Assembly (NCBI GenBank): GCA_012295275.1
Contig: CM022670.1
Location: 2,914,001 to 2,978,000, forward strand
DNA: 64,000 nucleotides
DNA from: Chrysomallon squamiferum
Taxonomy: Eukaryota > Animalia > Mollusca
Direction: 5' to 3'
The translations under genes were made by a program, and so were the position numbers. The notes under the pieces are model-generated. The model was not told where the DNA came from. It saw only the letters and a program-made list of their open reading frames with translations, and did not search any database. Below, piece after piece: positions 28,761-42,927 of this stretch (within the stretch, counting starts at the first letter, position 1; each line of letters opens with the position of its first letter).

Positions 28761-30062
28761 TTTCCGTTTTTCTGTATGAATGTGTCTGTTTATTTATTTA
28801 TTTACTTACTTACTTTCCTAATTACTTATTTTATTTTATTTATTTATTTATTTATTTGTTTGTTTTTTATTTGTTTATTTATTTATTTATTTATTTATTA
28901 TTATTGTTTTTTTATTATTATTATTTACTTATTTTATTTTATTTTGTTTATTTTCAGTTTTTTGAGAATATGTCTGCCAACTGTTGCTTACTTCTTGTCT
29001 GACAAAGAGTATAACAGAAATCTGGACATGTCCAACAAACTGGTCATGCAGATAATTAAAAACAAGAGAGCTGAAATAAATAATTTAAAAGGTAAACAGG
29101 TAATAAATAAACAAATGAACATTTGATGACACCTGAGCTCATTTTAATATCAGCAGATGTTAAACATAAAACAAAATATTACTTTATGCAATAATGATAA
29201 AGTTCTTAGGAAATAAAAATGTATTATTTTTTTCATATTTGATTTTGTAATTTAAAAAACATCAGTTGCATTAGAAGTAGTAGTAGTAGCAGTAGTAGTA
29301 GTAATAGAAGTAGCAGCAGAAACAGTGGTGGTTGTAGTAGATGTAGCATTAGCTGTAGTAACAGCAGTAGTAATAGTAGAGTAATTGTAGATACATCTTT
29401 TAAATATAGTTATACACTTATAATCAGTATTTATATGCAAAGAAATTGGTAATATAACTGGTATTGTTTCATTTATTATTATTGTTTTTATTACAATTAT
29501 TATTATTATTTTTATATTATATTATTATTATTGTTGTTGTTGTTTTTATTACTATTAATTAATTAATTCATTTTATATATTTATTTATATATTTTTTATT
29601 TACTTATTTATTTATTATTTCATTTATAATCATTACTATTTTTTACATTTTTTTATTTTACATTATTCATTCTTGCTGTTTTAATTTTACATTTGTTTTG
29701 GTAGATAATTCATTCTTGCTGTTTTAATTTTACCTTTGTTTCTTTGGATTATTCATTCTCGTTGTTTTGTCACTAACTGTAGATGAAAGTAAGTGCAGTG
29801 ATCTTCTCAGTATGATGCTGCTTGCCGAAGACGCTGTCACAGGAATGAAGTTTTCAGAACCACAGCTGAGGGACAACATAATGACCTTCATGTTGGCAGG
29901 GGCATGAGGTAAAATCTTCTGTGTTCTTGCTTTAGAATTCATTTTGTTTTTACATAATGCAGAATTTTGCAGAATCAGACCATGGTGTTTGACACGTTGT
30001 TAACATGAAATATTTATACTAAAATTTCAATATGCATTGTTTCTTTTTTTACTTTTAAATCA

Positions 30063-30095
<33 letters not shown>

Positions 30096-30321
30096 TGTCT
30101 ATTTTTAAAAACAAAAAAATATTTTGTGAAGTTTAAAATGTTCTGTTAATTTTTTTGTACTTTTTTAGACTATTTAGAAATTTTGATAATTTTATTTATA
30201 AATTTTCGCTTCCTTTTATCTGGTAATTTTATTCAAATTTCAAAATATCACTCTAGTTTGCAAAAAAAAAAAATAATATTTATAATTTTCTATTATTTTA
30301 TTTTAAAAGTATCTCCATATA

Positions 30322-30358
<37 letters not shown>

Positions 30359-30380
30359 GTTATTGTTATTGTTATTGTTA

Positions 30381-30420
<40 letters not shown>

Positions 30421-32304
30421 CATCTTATTTATTCACAAGGAACTTATTTTTTTAAATTGTTAAAATTACTGCTCTACTTTATTTTTCAAAAGTTAAATTT
30501 TTTATTATTATTTTTTAAGAGAAGTTGCAGTAGTAATAGTTGAATAGTAGTAGTATTGTTAGTAGTAGTAATAGTAATAGCAGCAGTAATTGCAGTAGTG
30601 GTAGCAGTATAGTAGCAGTAGTAGTAAAAACAGTAGTTGATATTTAAAATAATTTTGATATGTCCAGTTCACTAATTTATTCAAAATAGAATGAAATAAA
30701 AAATTTTATATATTTTTATCTTTTGATTTATTTTATTTTATTTCATTTTATTTACTTACATATAGTTACTTACTTATTACCAAAAGGACAGTTCTATTTA
30801 TTTTAGATATCCAGACCACACCTTACATTTTAAAGTGTAAGTTTTAAAACTTTTCAGTCGACAGCTGCTAGTTTGATCTGGATTCTGTACTGTCTGTCTG
30901 AACATCCAGCAGTGCAGGCTCGAGTTCGAGAAGAGATGATGTCTCAACTTCCTCCAGACAGTCAGCAGATCACATCCGAAGACCTGGACAAGCTTACCTA
31001 CATGTCCTGTGTCATCAAAGAAACACTCAGGTGAGATTTCCTCTGCAATTTTAGCAATGGGAAGGACATGGAGAGCCAGAGAGGGAGTTGTTTGAAGGAT
31101 TGGGTGAAAGTGAAGGGGTGATGGGGGAAATAATGAATGGATGATTGGTGAAGTCATTGAGAAAAGAGATGAAAAGAGAAGAGATGAAGGGAGGAAAAGA
31201 AAATGGAGAGAGAGGAAAAATAAGGAGAGTAAAAGAAGAATGAAAGAGGAGTGTGGGATGAAAAATAGTCCAGGAGAGAAAAAACACAGAGTATAAAAAG
31301 GGATGAGAGAAAGGATAGAGAACCTAGGGAGAAAAAAGAGAGTATGGGAAGAAAAAGGGAGTAAATGAAGAGTGGAGGAAGGAAAAAAGGAAAAATTAAA
31401 GAAAAAGGAGGATCCAAAGAGTAACAAATTCTAGATTATCAAATAAATATTGAATGAAATGAAAAGAGGATTATACGTTTATATGTTAATTTTAATTTTA
31501 ATTTTTCAATCTGTTTCAATCTATTATGAAGATAGTTTTTATTTTTAGACTCTATCCTCCAGCCTCTATGGTGTTCCGAGAAGCAGTGAATGATGACTAC
31601 ATTAATGGATACTTCATACCATCTGGATCCATCCTCAACGTTAACATAGGAGCTTTGCACAGGCAAGCCTTACATACATTTTCAAAAACAATATAATACT
31701 TGGATGATTTCAGGTTTCAATATTTGTTTTTAAATTATAAACAAATTTACAATCTGTATTGTTTTATTATTGGAAGTGTATTTTATGTTGTTTTTCTGAA
31801 ACCATCATGAATGAACGAACGACAGTACTTTTTCTACATAGTTTAATATTTTTGGTATTTCTGTTTTTAGGTGAAAATTAGGTGAAAATCTCAAACATGA
31901 TACTTTAATTCTGCTCAAAAATAACTGATTCCCTAATAAAATATCTTTTTTAAGATAACTAATCATTTTGTATAGCAAGATCATTTATCAAATTCATTCA
32001 CTTATTATAATTTTTTTTAATTTTTCTTAGAAACCCCAAATACTGGGAAGACCCTGATGAATTCAAGCCAGAGAGATTTTTCGACGAGAGCAAAATCCAT
32101 CAGTGTTCCTTCCTTCCTTTCATCATTGGCCCTCGCGTCTGCATCGCATTCAAATTTGCTTTGCTGGAAATAAAAATAACACTTTGTCATCTGCTCAAAC
32201 ATTTTAACTTCAGTCCAGTTCCTGGCGTGAAGTACAGGAAGTGTCAGATGATTACAGTGAGGCCAGACCCTACACTAAGGCTGATAGCTGAAATCATCTC
32301 CTGA
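13233..32304 (+). CDS. Cytochrome P450, microsomal type, 11 coding exons, ~507 aa if a +1 G at 29899-29902 is corrected (otherwise a single-lesion pseudogene)
   Basis: Exons 13233-13385, 18194-18276, 23383-23523, 24187-24293, 25840-25952, 28449-28555, 28958-29091, 29783-29908, 30858-31030, 31549-31662, 32031-32304. All have AG acceptors and GT donors (one GC) with compatible phases except for 1 extra nt in exon 8. Translation shows an N-terminal TM anchor ([15 protein letters not shown]), SPLKKIPGP proline hinge, [15 protein letters not shown]-helix, TLDVV, DLLSMML, I-helix MTFMLAG[HE]ST, K-helix KETLR-LYPP, PERF and heme motif [11 protein letters not shown]. Family not assignable by eye. Confidence 0.95.
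20690..20978. repeat. GA-rich tract and (GA)n microsatellite
   Basis: Direct reading. Confidence 0.95.
22719..23368. repeat. Minisatellite, ~33-bp unit, ~20 copies, ending at the CYP exon 3 acceptor
   Basis: Unit CTCTCTAAATGTTTACACATAACATTTGTTTGATT with progressive variants; no unique spacers. Confidence 0.95.
24297..24760. repeat. Minisatellite, 43-bp unit, ~10 copies, starting at the CYP exon 4 donor
   Basis: Unit AGTTTTAAAAATATACACATAACATACATACTTGTATGTACAC; period 43 (GTTTT at 24341 and 24384). Confidence 0.95.
25100..26750. repeat. Compound (CA)n/(CAGA)n tracts followed by (TG)n, surrounding CYP exon 5
   Basis: Direct reading; accounts for all CVCV/HTHT ORFs here. Confidence 0.95.
25625..26906 (+). 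repeat. Direct repeat pair of ~134 bp (25625-25758 and 26773-26906) bracketing CYP exon 5
   Basis: AGATGCACAATTTCACTTTTTTATTACATAAATCTTTAAGTAT...GATCTRATAATTTCACCTTT occurs twice with scattered substitutions. Confidence 0.9.
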
Positions 32305-34358
32305 GATGAAAATCAATTTGCATCTGGAACAGAATTCTGCCATGGGAAACTAACAGCTAGCAATAGAAGGAAAAACAATAGACTTTCTGAAGAAAATGCA
32401 GTAACTTTTAGAAACACCATCATCCGAAACAGTTGAACATTTATAGGTCCATTTACAAAATTCTGCAATGGTACTAATTTTAGAAACACCATCTTTAGGA
32501 AAATTAATATCCGATTCACAAATACTGCAGTAGTATTAATTTTACATATGACATCTTCAGAAAAAAAAAAAAAAAACAACAACAACATCAACATCAACAT
32601 ATCCTTAAATAAAATGAAAACAATTTATATGTGGGACAAAATCCTTCAGTAGGACTGATCATGGCCTTAACTACATTCAGGCAAATGTCTCATACCAAAA
32701 TTGATGATTTCTTTTTTTTGGTTGGATATTTTTTTTATATACAAAGAGATTAAATTTAAAGAATAAAAAATATAAATCTCTATTCAGATAGGAATATCCA
32801 CTGAATCAATTTGTTTATGTCTACAGTGATGGTTTGGTCTCTACTGATATAACTGACTTCAAAGACATCAGTTTTTGCCTCATTTTAAAAAAAGTCTAGT
32901 TATGGCCATGCTGATTATGAAAATAACACCTTAAGATATTAACATTCTGGAAGTAAATACTGCAGCTTGATAGTATCTTGAGAAAAAAAAAGGAAGAATA
33001 ACTTACTTTGTAGACAAATTCATGTACGAGCTAATGTTGTTAGTTTGTGTGTGGGTGATGTTAATTAAATAATATTGTATAATGCAAGGAGATTTGTGAA
33101 TGAAGCCAAACTTCTTCTGATCTGTAGTTGCCTGTATGAGTGAGCTACAATTTTATGATAAATTCAGTTGGAAATTAAATATATATATATATATACTGAT
33201 GAAAAAATAAAGAAAATAATCAGAGACGGGGGGAGAGAGAGGGAGGGATGTGGGAGTGAGTGGGTGTAAATGAGTTAGTTCAGTAAACTTGCTTGTTTTA
33301 ATCACTAACCACTAGCTTAGTGCACATAAAAAATATTCATTACGTTTTTTTCATTAGCTGACAAATTTGTTTGTTCTTTTTTCTCTTTACTCAAATAATT
33401 TAACTTTTAAGTGACACTAAGAACAGATTTCACTTAAAGAAATGGCTATTTTATGAAGAACATATTACAAAGATAATTAACCAAAACAAGACGACAAGAA
33501 TAATTATGAAAATTTAAAATCCATTTTACATTATACATCTTTGTTATGTTCAATAACATTTACAACAATAATAAATTAATAAATAAACACCTTAGAAAAA
33601 GAAAATATTTATTTTAAATATATTAAATCAGGATTGATTAAGGGAACAGTGTCTTTTTGGCAGTAGAGCGATAACCTAAGAAACAGTGGATCAAGCAATC
33701 AAACCTTGATACCCAAATTGAATTATTTCCAATTCCAAATAGTGGCTCATTCAAAAATATGCTATTTGATGGTGTTTCTCTCATTACACAAAACACTGAA
33801 TGTCAAATAACTAATATTAAATTGTTATGTGTTATTATCTTGACTTTATTATTAAATATCATAAGCACTTCGATATATATATATTAAAAAAGAGAAAAAA
33901 GATAGAAATTTATAATAATTTAAAAAGATATTCTCATTTTAGCTGTTACTTTTGCTTCATTATTTAAATAAAGCACTGTTTGGATAGACAAAATGGGATT
34001 TGTGTTTTAATTTTATACATTAATGTTGTCTTTAATGAAATACATACCATAAAAAAATAATAATAATAAAAATAAAACAATGTAATTTGTTATATAATTT
34101 TAGTACACATAACTGGTATGAATGATAATGCATCAGTTCAAAATGAAAATACAAAAAATATCATTGCAAACAATAAATACATTTTAAAATTCTCTCCTTG
34201 TTTCAGACTTGAATGTGACAAAGTAAAATTCACCACAACATGCATAAACTGAGATATTGGTTGATGTTGGTAAAACAAAACAAAACAGATTCTAAACAAG
34301 TTCATTGCCTGTCACTGGAAAACTTTAAATTTCTTACAGCGTAATAAAAAAGTTATTT

Positions 34359-34418
<60 letters not shown>

Positions 34419-35352
34419 GAATTTGTTACATTTTACTCAGAACTGAAATAAGACAAATTCCGTTTTGACAGATCTACATTGCTAATTCACCCTTTCCAAT
34501 CACTGACAACAGCATTACCCTAGTTAGGTACAAAGCATCCTTAGAATACATATTTTCTTTGCTAACAAATAAATTCATGAGTATAATATGTTACTGCATA
34601 TAGCAATGAGATAATGATAATAACACACTTACAAACAATCAGTAATAATGATACAAGTATATTCTGAACTGACTGGCAAAAGATAATAATAATAATAAAT
34701 TTTTAAAAATAAGAAATTTAAGATTCAGTCACAACCAATGGCATATTAACAAAACAAAATTATAAACAAAATTTAAAAGCAAAAAAAAAAAAAAGAAAAA
34801 AGAAAAAGAAAATAAAGAAAAATAAACAAGAACAAAAAAAAGAAGCTGATGATATAAAATAATGATCTATATAGAAGTTTAACAAAAATTAACTGTATGA
34901 TAAAATAATAAATAAAATAAAGCCAACAAAAAACCCCTGCAAAACATTATTTATCTATACTGAATATATAAAAACAAATACAAACATTCTTAATAAAATA
35001 CATGATGATGATGTCAAAGTAAATACTTTTGAAAATATAGAACTATATTACCTGAAATAATAAATATAATGTATAATAACAGGATACAATGTTATGTGTA
35101 CATTGTAAGGAACACTGGCAAGAGGTGTTACCCTATCAAGGCAAAACTGGTTTGGATGGATTTCAAGAAATATTTTAGAAATTACGCAACTTTAACAAAG
35201 CCTGCTATTGAAAATAATTTAAACAATAAGCACTTTGTTTTATCTTTTTGCTTAAGGGTTATATTTCATTAAAACTCTTTTGTGACACTTTAGAATTACT
35301 AATGAAGATTAAACACCTGTACAGGTAAGTGTATTATTAACATCTGTTAAAG

Positions 35353-35503
35353 TAAAGCAGTTTTTTCACGGTGCAACTTGCTCTACCAACTTACAATATA
35401 AAGTAGTTTTCACATTGTGCAATTAGTCCTGCCAACTTTTAACATAAAGCAATTTTCATACTGTGCAACCTGTGTAACCAACCTTCAAGATAAAGCAATG
35501 TTC
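35353..35503. repeat. Degenerate ~46-bp tandem repeat, ~3 copies
   Basis: TAAAGCAGTTTT..CA..GTGCAA.......CCAAC.TT.AA.A repeated. Confidence 0.7.
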
Positions 35504-38500
35504 TTAATCCTATAAATTTTAAGCTCTCCTATTTATCTATTTTTAAACAAATATCTGTCTCACTGTAATCTTATATCTTTATAACAGTTTAATTTTATGA
35601 AAACAGTAAGATTTTTAACACATAAATGATTAAAACTTTTACATTGAATTTTGTAACCACTCTTAACTGTAGTTATACAGTGTGATTGCTGCTTAGAATG
35701 AACAAGCTGTGCAATAAATCAAAATATCTAATGGCTCTACATTGTTACTTCTGTAAGTGATACCTGCAGACAAGCTACACGTAAACCCCACCTGTTACTC
35801 AGGTGTAACAAATATCTTAATGGTTGTCTTGTCTACCTGTAAAACAGGTATGGTTGTTTTTATCCAAAAATCTTAACTGCTGCAGTATTACGTCAATTAC
35901 TCTGTTTTTTTTGTTTTTTTCTTAGGACTTACAAGCTGTGTCTCTTATTTAAAAATATCTGACATTTGGAAAGATGTTTCAAGGTTTCAAAAAGAAAGTT
36001 TTGTGAATAACAGTACAGAAGAAGAGCCAAATAATAAAACGAAGAATGTTTTATGATTAATTTAAAAAAATAATAATAATAAAACATTTTAAAAAAAAAT
36101 CTTTGTTCATTGTAAATGCAACTATTTTCCATATTTAATAATAAATTCTCGGCATAAAACAATTTAATAAAAAAAATTTCATCATATTCAGTATATATAA
36201 ATTATTTTGTTAAATATATATTTTTATTACATGTATGGTATTAATATTATAATTTTATAATTTTAAAACCCTAAAAAAAGAAAAAATATACGACCTCTTT
36301 TGTAAGAATTATTCATTGTATCATTGTAACCTACCATCACTGCCATTGTGACTCACTTTAAAAAGTCACACACAAAGATACACACTTGAACAGACATACA
36401 CAAAACATAAATGTCAGCTTTATTTTTCAAGTTAACAATTTTAACATGTTGTTGATTCAGGGTAAAAAATAAATATATTTTGGAAACTGTTAATTTGTGA
36501 GATTGAAATACAAAACGTAATATATATTTGTAATCAAATAATATGAAATATTAAAGTCTGCAAATAATAATCATGTGCTGCAAAAAACATAAAATGATAA
36601 TTTGTTCACTGTAAGAAGGCCATTTATGTTTACTTTGGTTACATAAATATTATAAAAAATAAATACCAAATACAACGAGTATTATACAAAAAAGGCATAT
36701 ACATACATACACACATACACACTATATATATGTTTATAGCACTAAAATAATTTACATAGTAATAATAAATGTGCATTGTAATATGCTAAAATATAATAGT
36801 TATATTATAAAATGATTATTTTAAAAACAAAACACAATTCTGAGGGTTTAAAATGGTTCAAAAACTAACCTTAAGTAGTTTGTCGTAAAATCTGGGGTTG
36901 GACGGCAAAACATGCATAGATTGATGTACATATTCAAAGATGAAAATGAACACTGTTCTCTGTAAATGTTTAAATTATGAATATAAAATTTAAAACATAA
37001 ATGTAGTTTAATTTGAGGAGACTAACATGTGATGGTGAGAACAGAAAGATCAAAGTCATTTTGTGTCAATGTTTTGATTTACTGTTTAACTTAACAACAT
37101 TTCTTAATAATACAATGCAACTGTAACAGGCTGGAAATAATAGAGGAATGCTGGTTTTTTTATATTATTTTATCTTATTTATTTATTTATTTATTTTATA
37201 CATTTATTTATTTTTTATTCATGAAATGTTATATTGGACAAAGAAATATTTAAAAAATATTTCAATTTATCAACTTATTTCTATACCTGTATGAAAATGA
37301 TTAAACAAACATGCAGCTTATCTGTTGTCATTAGCTTATTGTATTACTATCAAACTTTGTTATTAACAAAGGTTGGTACCCGCTAAAAACATACACCAGT
37401 TGGAAATGTCAGAAATATATTCATGTAGTTTGTTAATATGTTAATACTACACAGATTAACCTGCAATGTTTTTATATATTTAGTAATTTTTTTTAAATTA
37501 TTTTAGGAGGTATGCCAATCTTAAACAAGGTTTAACCATATAAATGTATGACCTACACTTTGAAATGAAAAGACTGAATGTTTAACAACATTTCAGCATA
37601 CAAATACATCAGGTAAACATATAAATATAATAGTTCAACAAAGTTTTTAAAAAATTGTAAGTTTAACAGGGAACACATGAAAATGGAACTGGACAGAATT
37701 TATAAAATATAATTATTAAAGAACACTGTTAAAATGTTTTTGGATGTATGAAATAAAACTATTTTGACTGTATCTTGATGGTAAAAACAAAACTGTTTTG
37801 ACAAATTTAGTATTAAAAACTTCAATTTATCAAAATCAGATATATATATATATATATATATAACTGCATTGAATTCCTTGCTATCTTAATAAATTTTGTT
37901 ACAAGAACACTGTGTACATACTGAGCTTTCAAAATATTAATTCATTAAAATATTGAAAATTGAATTTTATTAATAATGAAGATTATAATGCATCAGTAAC
38001 TAAAGATTTTTAAAATTTCAAAAAAGAAATAATCAGTAAAAACAAAATATAAATAAAACTCAGTGACAAATCAATAAAATTCAATTTTAAATAAAGAAAA
38101 CCATCATTTCTAAAACATATTGAAAGCAAATTCATAAAACAATAATTTATGAAAATTACCATCAAAGTAAATTTTCTAAAAATCTAAATTTCTTATAAAA
38201 CATAAAAAAGATGTTTTAATAACATCAATAAAAATGAAACAGCTGCTATTGACAAAGAATTTTTTAGTTTTTTAAAATGCTGTGATGTAGAAAATGATGG
38301 AGTGAAAGGAGATATGGTTGGAATGTAACAAAACACTGAGGTGTAGCAGTAGCTGGAATGCTTCATTAACCAGAACAAATTTTACAGTTTTCAGCTGAGT
38401 TCATCAATTTGCTCATCATGTGGACACGTGTACAGTGAAATTTGTCAAACTATTTTAAACAATTAACATTGGACACCTTTAACTTACACCTTTAACTGGG

Positions 38501-39425
38501 AACTTTAAAGTTTATTGTTTAAAACATTTATAATATTAAAACATTTTAAAAATATTCTGAGCACTAATTGAACCCAATAACTATTTATTATTGTTTACTT
38601 TTTACAACCATGATTTTTTTTTTTCTGATATTATTTAAATAAATGTATTTAAATTATGCATTTTGATATTGATTGTATCTATTTTATAATTATTTTTGAT
38701 TGGTTTAAAAGCTTTTATACATATATTTTAAGAGAACATCATTATTCATAAATACCATTAAAATATTTTTCCTCAATCCATTTTTACCCTGTAACATTTT
38801 TTGATGATTGTCTTGTAGATACACTTATATAATACTACTTATATATAAAACTGATGCTATTTTTGGTATTCAATACTGTTTGATATTAATAGTATTAATT
38901 GTATATTCAGATATGATTTTATCTTTTTAATGAATGTTATAATATACATTATAACAAACTGAATTGTACCTGTATCTTCATGTAAGTAAAACAAAAGTTT
39001 ACATAAAAATAAAAATAAACTTTTTAACTAAATGGAACTGTTATTCTTTCTTTCCTAATATTTAATTTTCTATATAAGAAATATGAGAAAATAGTGATTA
39101 TTTTATCAAAATTTCATAAATCCTGTAACTGCCTTGAAATAATAATTATGAAACCTGTGTAGCCATTATAGTGAATTTTAAACAGATATATTATTTGTGA
39201 AATTATGTATAAATCTGCAGCTAGTACCAGCTAAAAGTAAACATCTTAAACAAAGTGCAGTCATTTATGCTGTCAGTTTTCAAGTCGAAATTAAAACTGG
39301 AACAAAAATAGGCATGATATTCTTTTTCTGTTCTGGTTATCATTGTCACTGTTTTTGTTCTCGAGTATTTGTTCGAAGGAACTCTAACCACAAAATATTT
39401 GATAAAATAAATAAATAAAAATTGA

Positions 39426-41485
39426 TTAAAATTCTGTCCCAAAGCTGAAGTTGAATGCTAACTCTACCACAGACTGAGGAGATGATTCGTGGAAACACAC
39501 ATACATTTCACTGTCATCACAAAACCTGCGTCTGCAACAATCAAAGAGTCATTTAGTTTTATCTTTTAATGATTTTCCTTAGGATATTTATGTAACATTT
39601 GAAATATAAAATATCATATACATCACAGAAACATTGATTATTTAGTGTTTTTTTAGATATTATTTAGTGGGTTTTTAGATATATTTTCAAATAAAAATTC
39701 ATTCTTCAAAGCTTTATCATATTATTTAAGACATAGTGAAAAATAACTAGTAAGAAAATTGAATAAAATTACAATTGATAGTTGCTTTTTAATTTTTTTT
39801 TTCTTTCTATTTTTTTTGTTAATTTTTTCTTTTTGTATGGAATAATTTAGTATTAAAATATTTGAAAAATAACAGGTAATACTAACCCAACAACCCAGTA
39901 ACAGAGACTAGGGGGTGATTTTTTGCTATCACCAGAAGGGGGTGGACAGCATTTGAAGAGTATTCCTTGTTCTTGGAGAATGCCCAAAGAAGCAGGAATA
40001 CCAAATCTGTCTGGATTAAAACTTTTGTCCTGTGAAAAAAAAAAAACAGAAAAAAATATGAAAGGGATAAAAGAGTATATTTAAGTAATGGATACTTGAA
40101 TGAAAGTAATGAATGAATCTAAACATGTTTAATAAAATTACATCAGATTTCTGTATAAGGTTCTGTTAATGATTTGAATGAGACTGTCACAGAATAAACC
40201 AGTTCCACCATGCTATGGGTTAACTGAAGCTGTGAAGAGAACTTTGGTATGCACTTTCCTTTAGACAGCACAGTACAAAACACCATGTCTTCAATACATT
40301 AACCATACCTGGAACTGGGACAAGCCTGACACATATTTGTGAAAGAAAGATGAAATAATCTTATTCCACACAGCAAATCATTAAAATAATCTGTGACTGA
40401 GATTAACAAGCAAAACACTACCGGCAACCTATTAACTTTATTAACAAATTTTGATGAAAATTGAAATGACAAAAAAAAAAAAAAAAAGTCTTATAAAAGA
40501 AAACACAACAAAAAAGAGACATTAAAAAGACAAATTTAAATATTATGTTCATTTTACTGTTATATACCTAAATTAAATTATGTCATGAGTAAATTATTAT
40601 TAAAAAAACAGTTTAATAAATAATGTTACCTTGCGAGGTGTGTTTTCTCTGAAAGTTTTGCGTATTTGAATGGAGCACCGGTAAAAGTTGTCCAGGAGTT
40701 GAGTCTGCACTGCACCATGGACAGTCTGCTGCCACGACGGCATCACAACAACACCATCCATGTTGTACAGCTTCACATACTGGAACAAACAGTTTTTCTC
40801 ACTGGTCTTACACTGAAGAAAGAATTCAGAAAAGTATTATGTGTATGATACCATAATCTGGAATATTCAAAATTAATAATTATCAAAATTCACAAATCAA
40901 AATTCTCCTAAATAATAAATTATTTTAAAAATATTTAAACTTTTTTTTTTTTTAAAAAACTATATTAAAAATATTTAAAAAAGAAGAAAAAAAAAAAGAT
41001 ATATATGTGATGAAATGATATAAAAATGATATTAAAAGATATTAAAGAGCATGGTGGGAACAAAAATCATACATATTTTTCATAGTCTGATAATTTGCTA
41101 GAAAAATAACGTAACAAGTTAGTGAGTATATGCAGATATATTCAATGAAAATATATAATAATAATAATTGTTTTTTGGTTGATGTCTGTTTTAAAATGTA
41201 GTATTCATTCATTTCATTGAAAATTTCTATCTTAAAAAACCCCCAGTTTTTCAAACATTAATTAAAACAACAGTATTTTTTAAACTTACAGTCTGTCATC
41301 TGGTACAAACTCATCAATCTGCAGGGCAGATACACTGCGACCAATGTTAGCCATGTCACTTAACAGACTTCTTCGACTTGATTTTGTCTAACACATTGAG
41401 GAAACATTATTTTAGAAAAGAAAATCACAGGTTTATCTCAACAACAATATATATAAAAGAAAGTTACTGAAACATGAGATATCTG

Positions 41486-41541
<56 letters not shown>

Positions 41542-42484
41542 AGTTAAATAATTCAGTTTCTGTGAAGAAATTAAACTAGGACAATAACAATTTCAATTTT
41601 AATCAGTACTGAGGTGAATTGAATAGATTAACAAATGCAGTTAAAATATTTTAAGATCATCCACATTGAGTAAGCTCATCTTAATGCTTATTTTTCTGTA
41701 ATTCATCAAGTAACATGATGAAATTTAGTTTTTAATTAGATAAATTAAACAGATTTAAAAAATACTATTTAAAGATTTACATCGCCTCAATTTTACAAAA
41801 ATCCGCAACAATGAAGATATAAACCTTTGGAGCGCCAGTACTGCTTCCACTCCCCACAGAATCATTAGAACCATACGACAGCTTGCTGCCTTTTCTCAGC
41901 ATGACAGGTGAAGAGTCTGTGACAGTGACATTCCCACTTTTATCAGAATCAGCATCATCAAAACCTGACATAAATATGTTTACAAAACAATACGTTTTGA
42001 AATATCAAAATTACTTCTATGATACAGAAAAAAAGCAACACTAATTGGGTTGAAACCAAAGTTCTTTGTGGGTTTTTTTAAGTGAAATTCAAAGATAATA
42101 TTTAGATATTTGTACTCAGATTTCAACCTTTCAGAATACATATCTAAACATTTCAGTCATGTGTGAAATGCAATCATGTTCTCAAATGCGACCAGTTAAA
42201 AAAAAATATATATTATTATCTTAGCACCATGAAAAATCAAACTGCCATCTTTTAATTTGCATCATTTGGTTGTTTGTTCATCTAAAAACATGATGAAAAG
42301 TAACTCAGTACTTTGTATAGTATTGAAACATTACTTCATCTAAAATAATTTAATTGTTTTCACTTGCACTTTGAAATATAATCAAAATAGAAATGTTTAC
42401 CTGGTTTTTTGTCTGAACCCAAACCACTTCTAACAACTGATTCTAAGGCAGACTTCAGAGGTGTAGAAGCTGAAAATAAACAAA

Positions 42485-42535
<51 letters not shown>

Positions 42536-42871
42536 ACAAACAAATAAATAAATTTAAATTTCTGAATTTTTATCAATGCAAAAAAATACCCTTTTTTTTT
42601 TCTCTCATTTTTTTATCTCATTATTTTATTAATTTATGTTTTAAAGTATATCTTTAATCTATTTAACTGGTTATGCAATTACCAAGTAATATGCTTTTAA
42701 AAAACTATGCCACATACCAAGAACGGGAGAGTCAGGAGATTTAAGAGGAGAGTGCAAGCTCTCCTTTTTTGACTTCTTTGCAAGATACAAATCAGCTCTG
42801 ACTAGAGGCACACTTCCTGAATTACAAGATAATCTGAAATATGAAAGAACAAAACATCTTTGATTATTTTA

Positions 42872-42927
<56 letters not shown>

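Noticed and set aside
29905-29907. TGA in the P450 as selenocysteine or readthrough codon
   Set aside because: Readthrough would leave exon 9 out of frame; a 1-nt deletion restores the canonical AGHE, so this is a frameshift.
30798-31427. 209-aa hydrophobic minus-strand ORF
   Set aside because: Antisense of CYP exon 9 plus a purine-rich low-complexity intron tract.
40160-40260. Extra intu exon between 40630 and 40029
   Set aside because: In-frame stop, and the flanking exons already join in phase 0.
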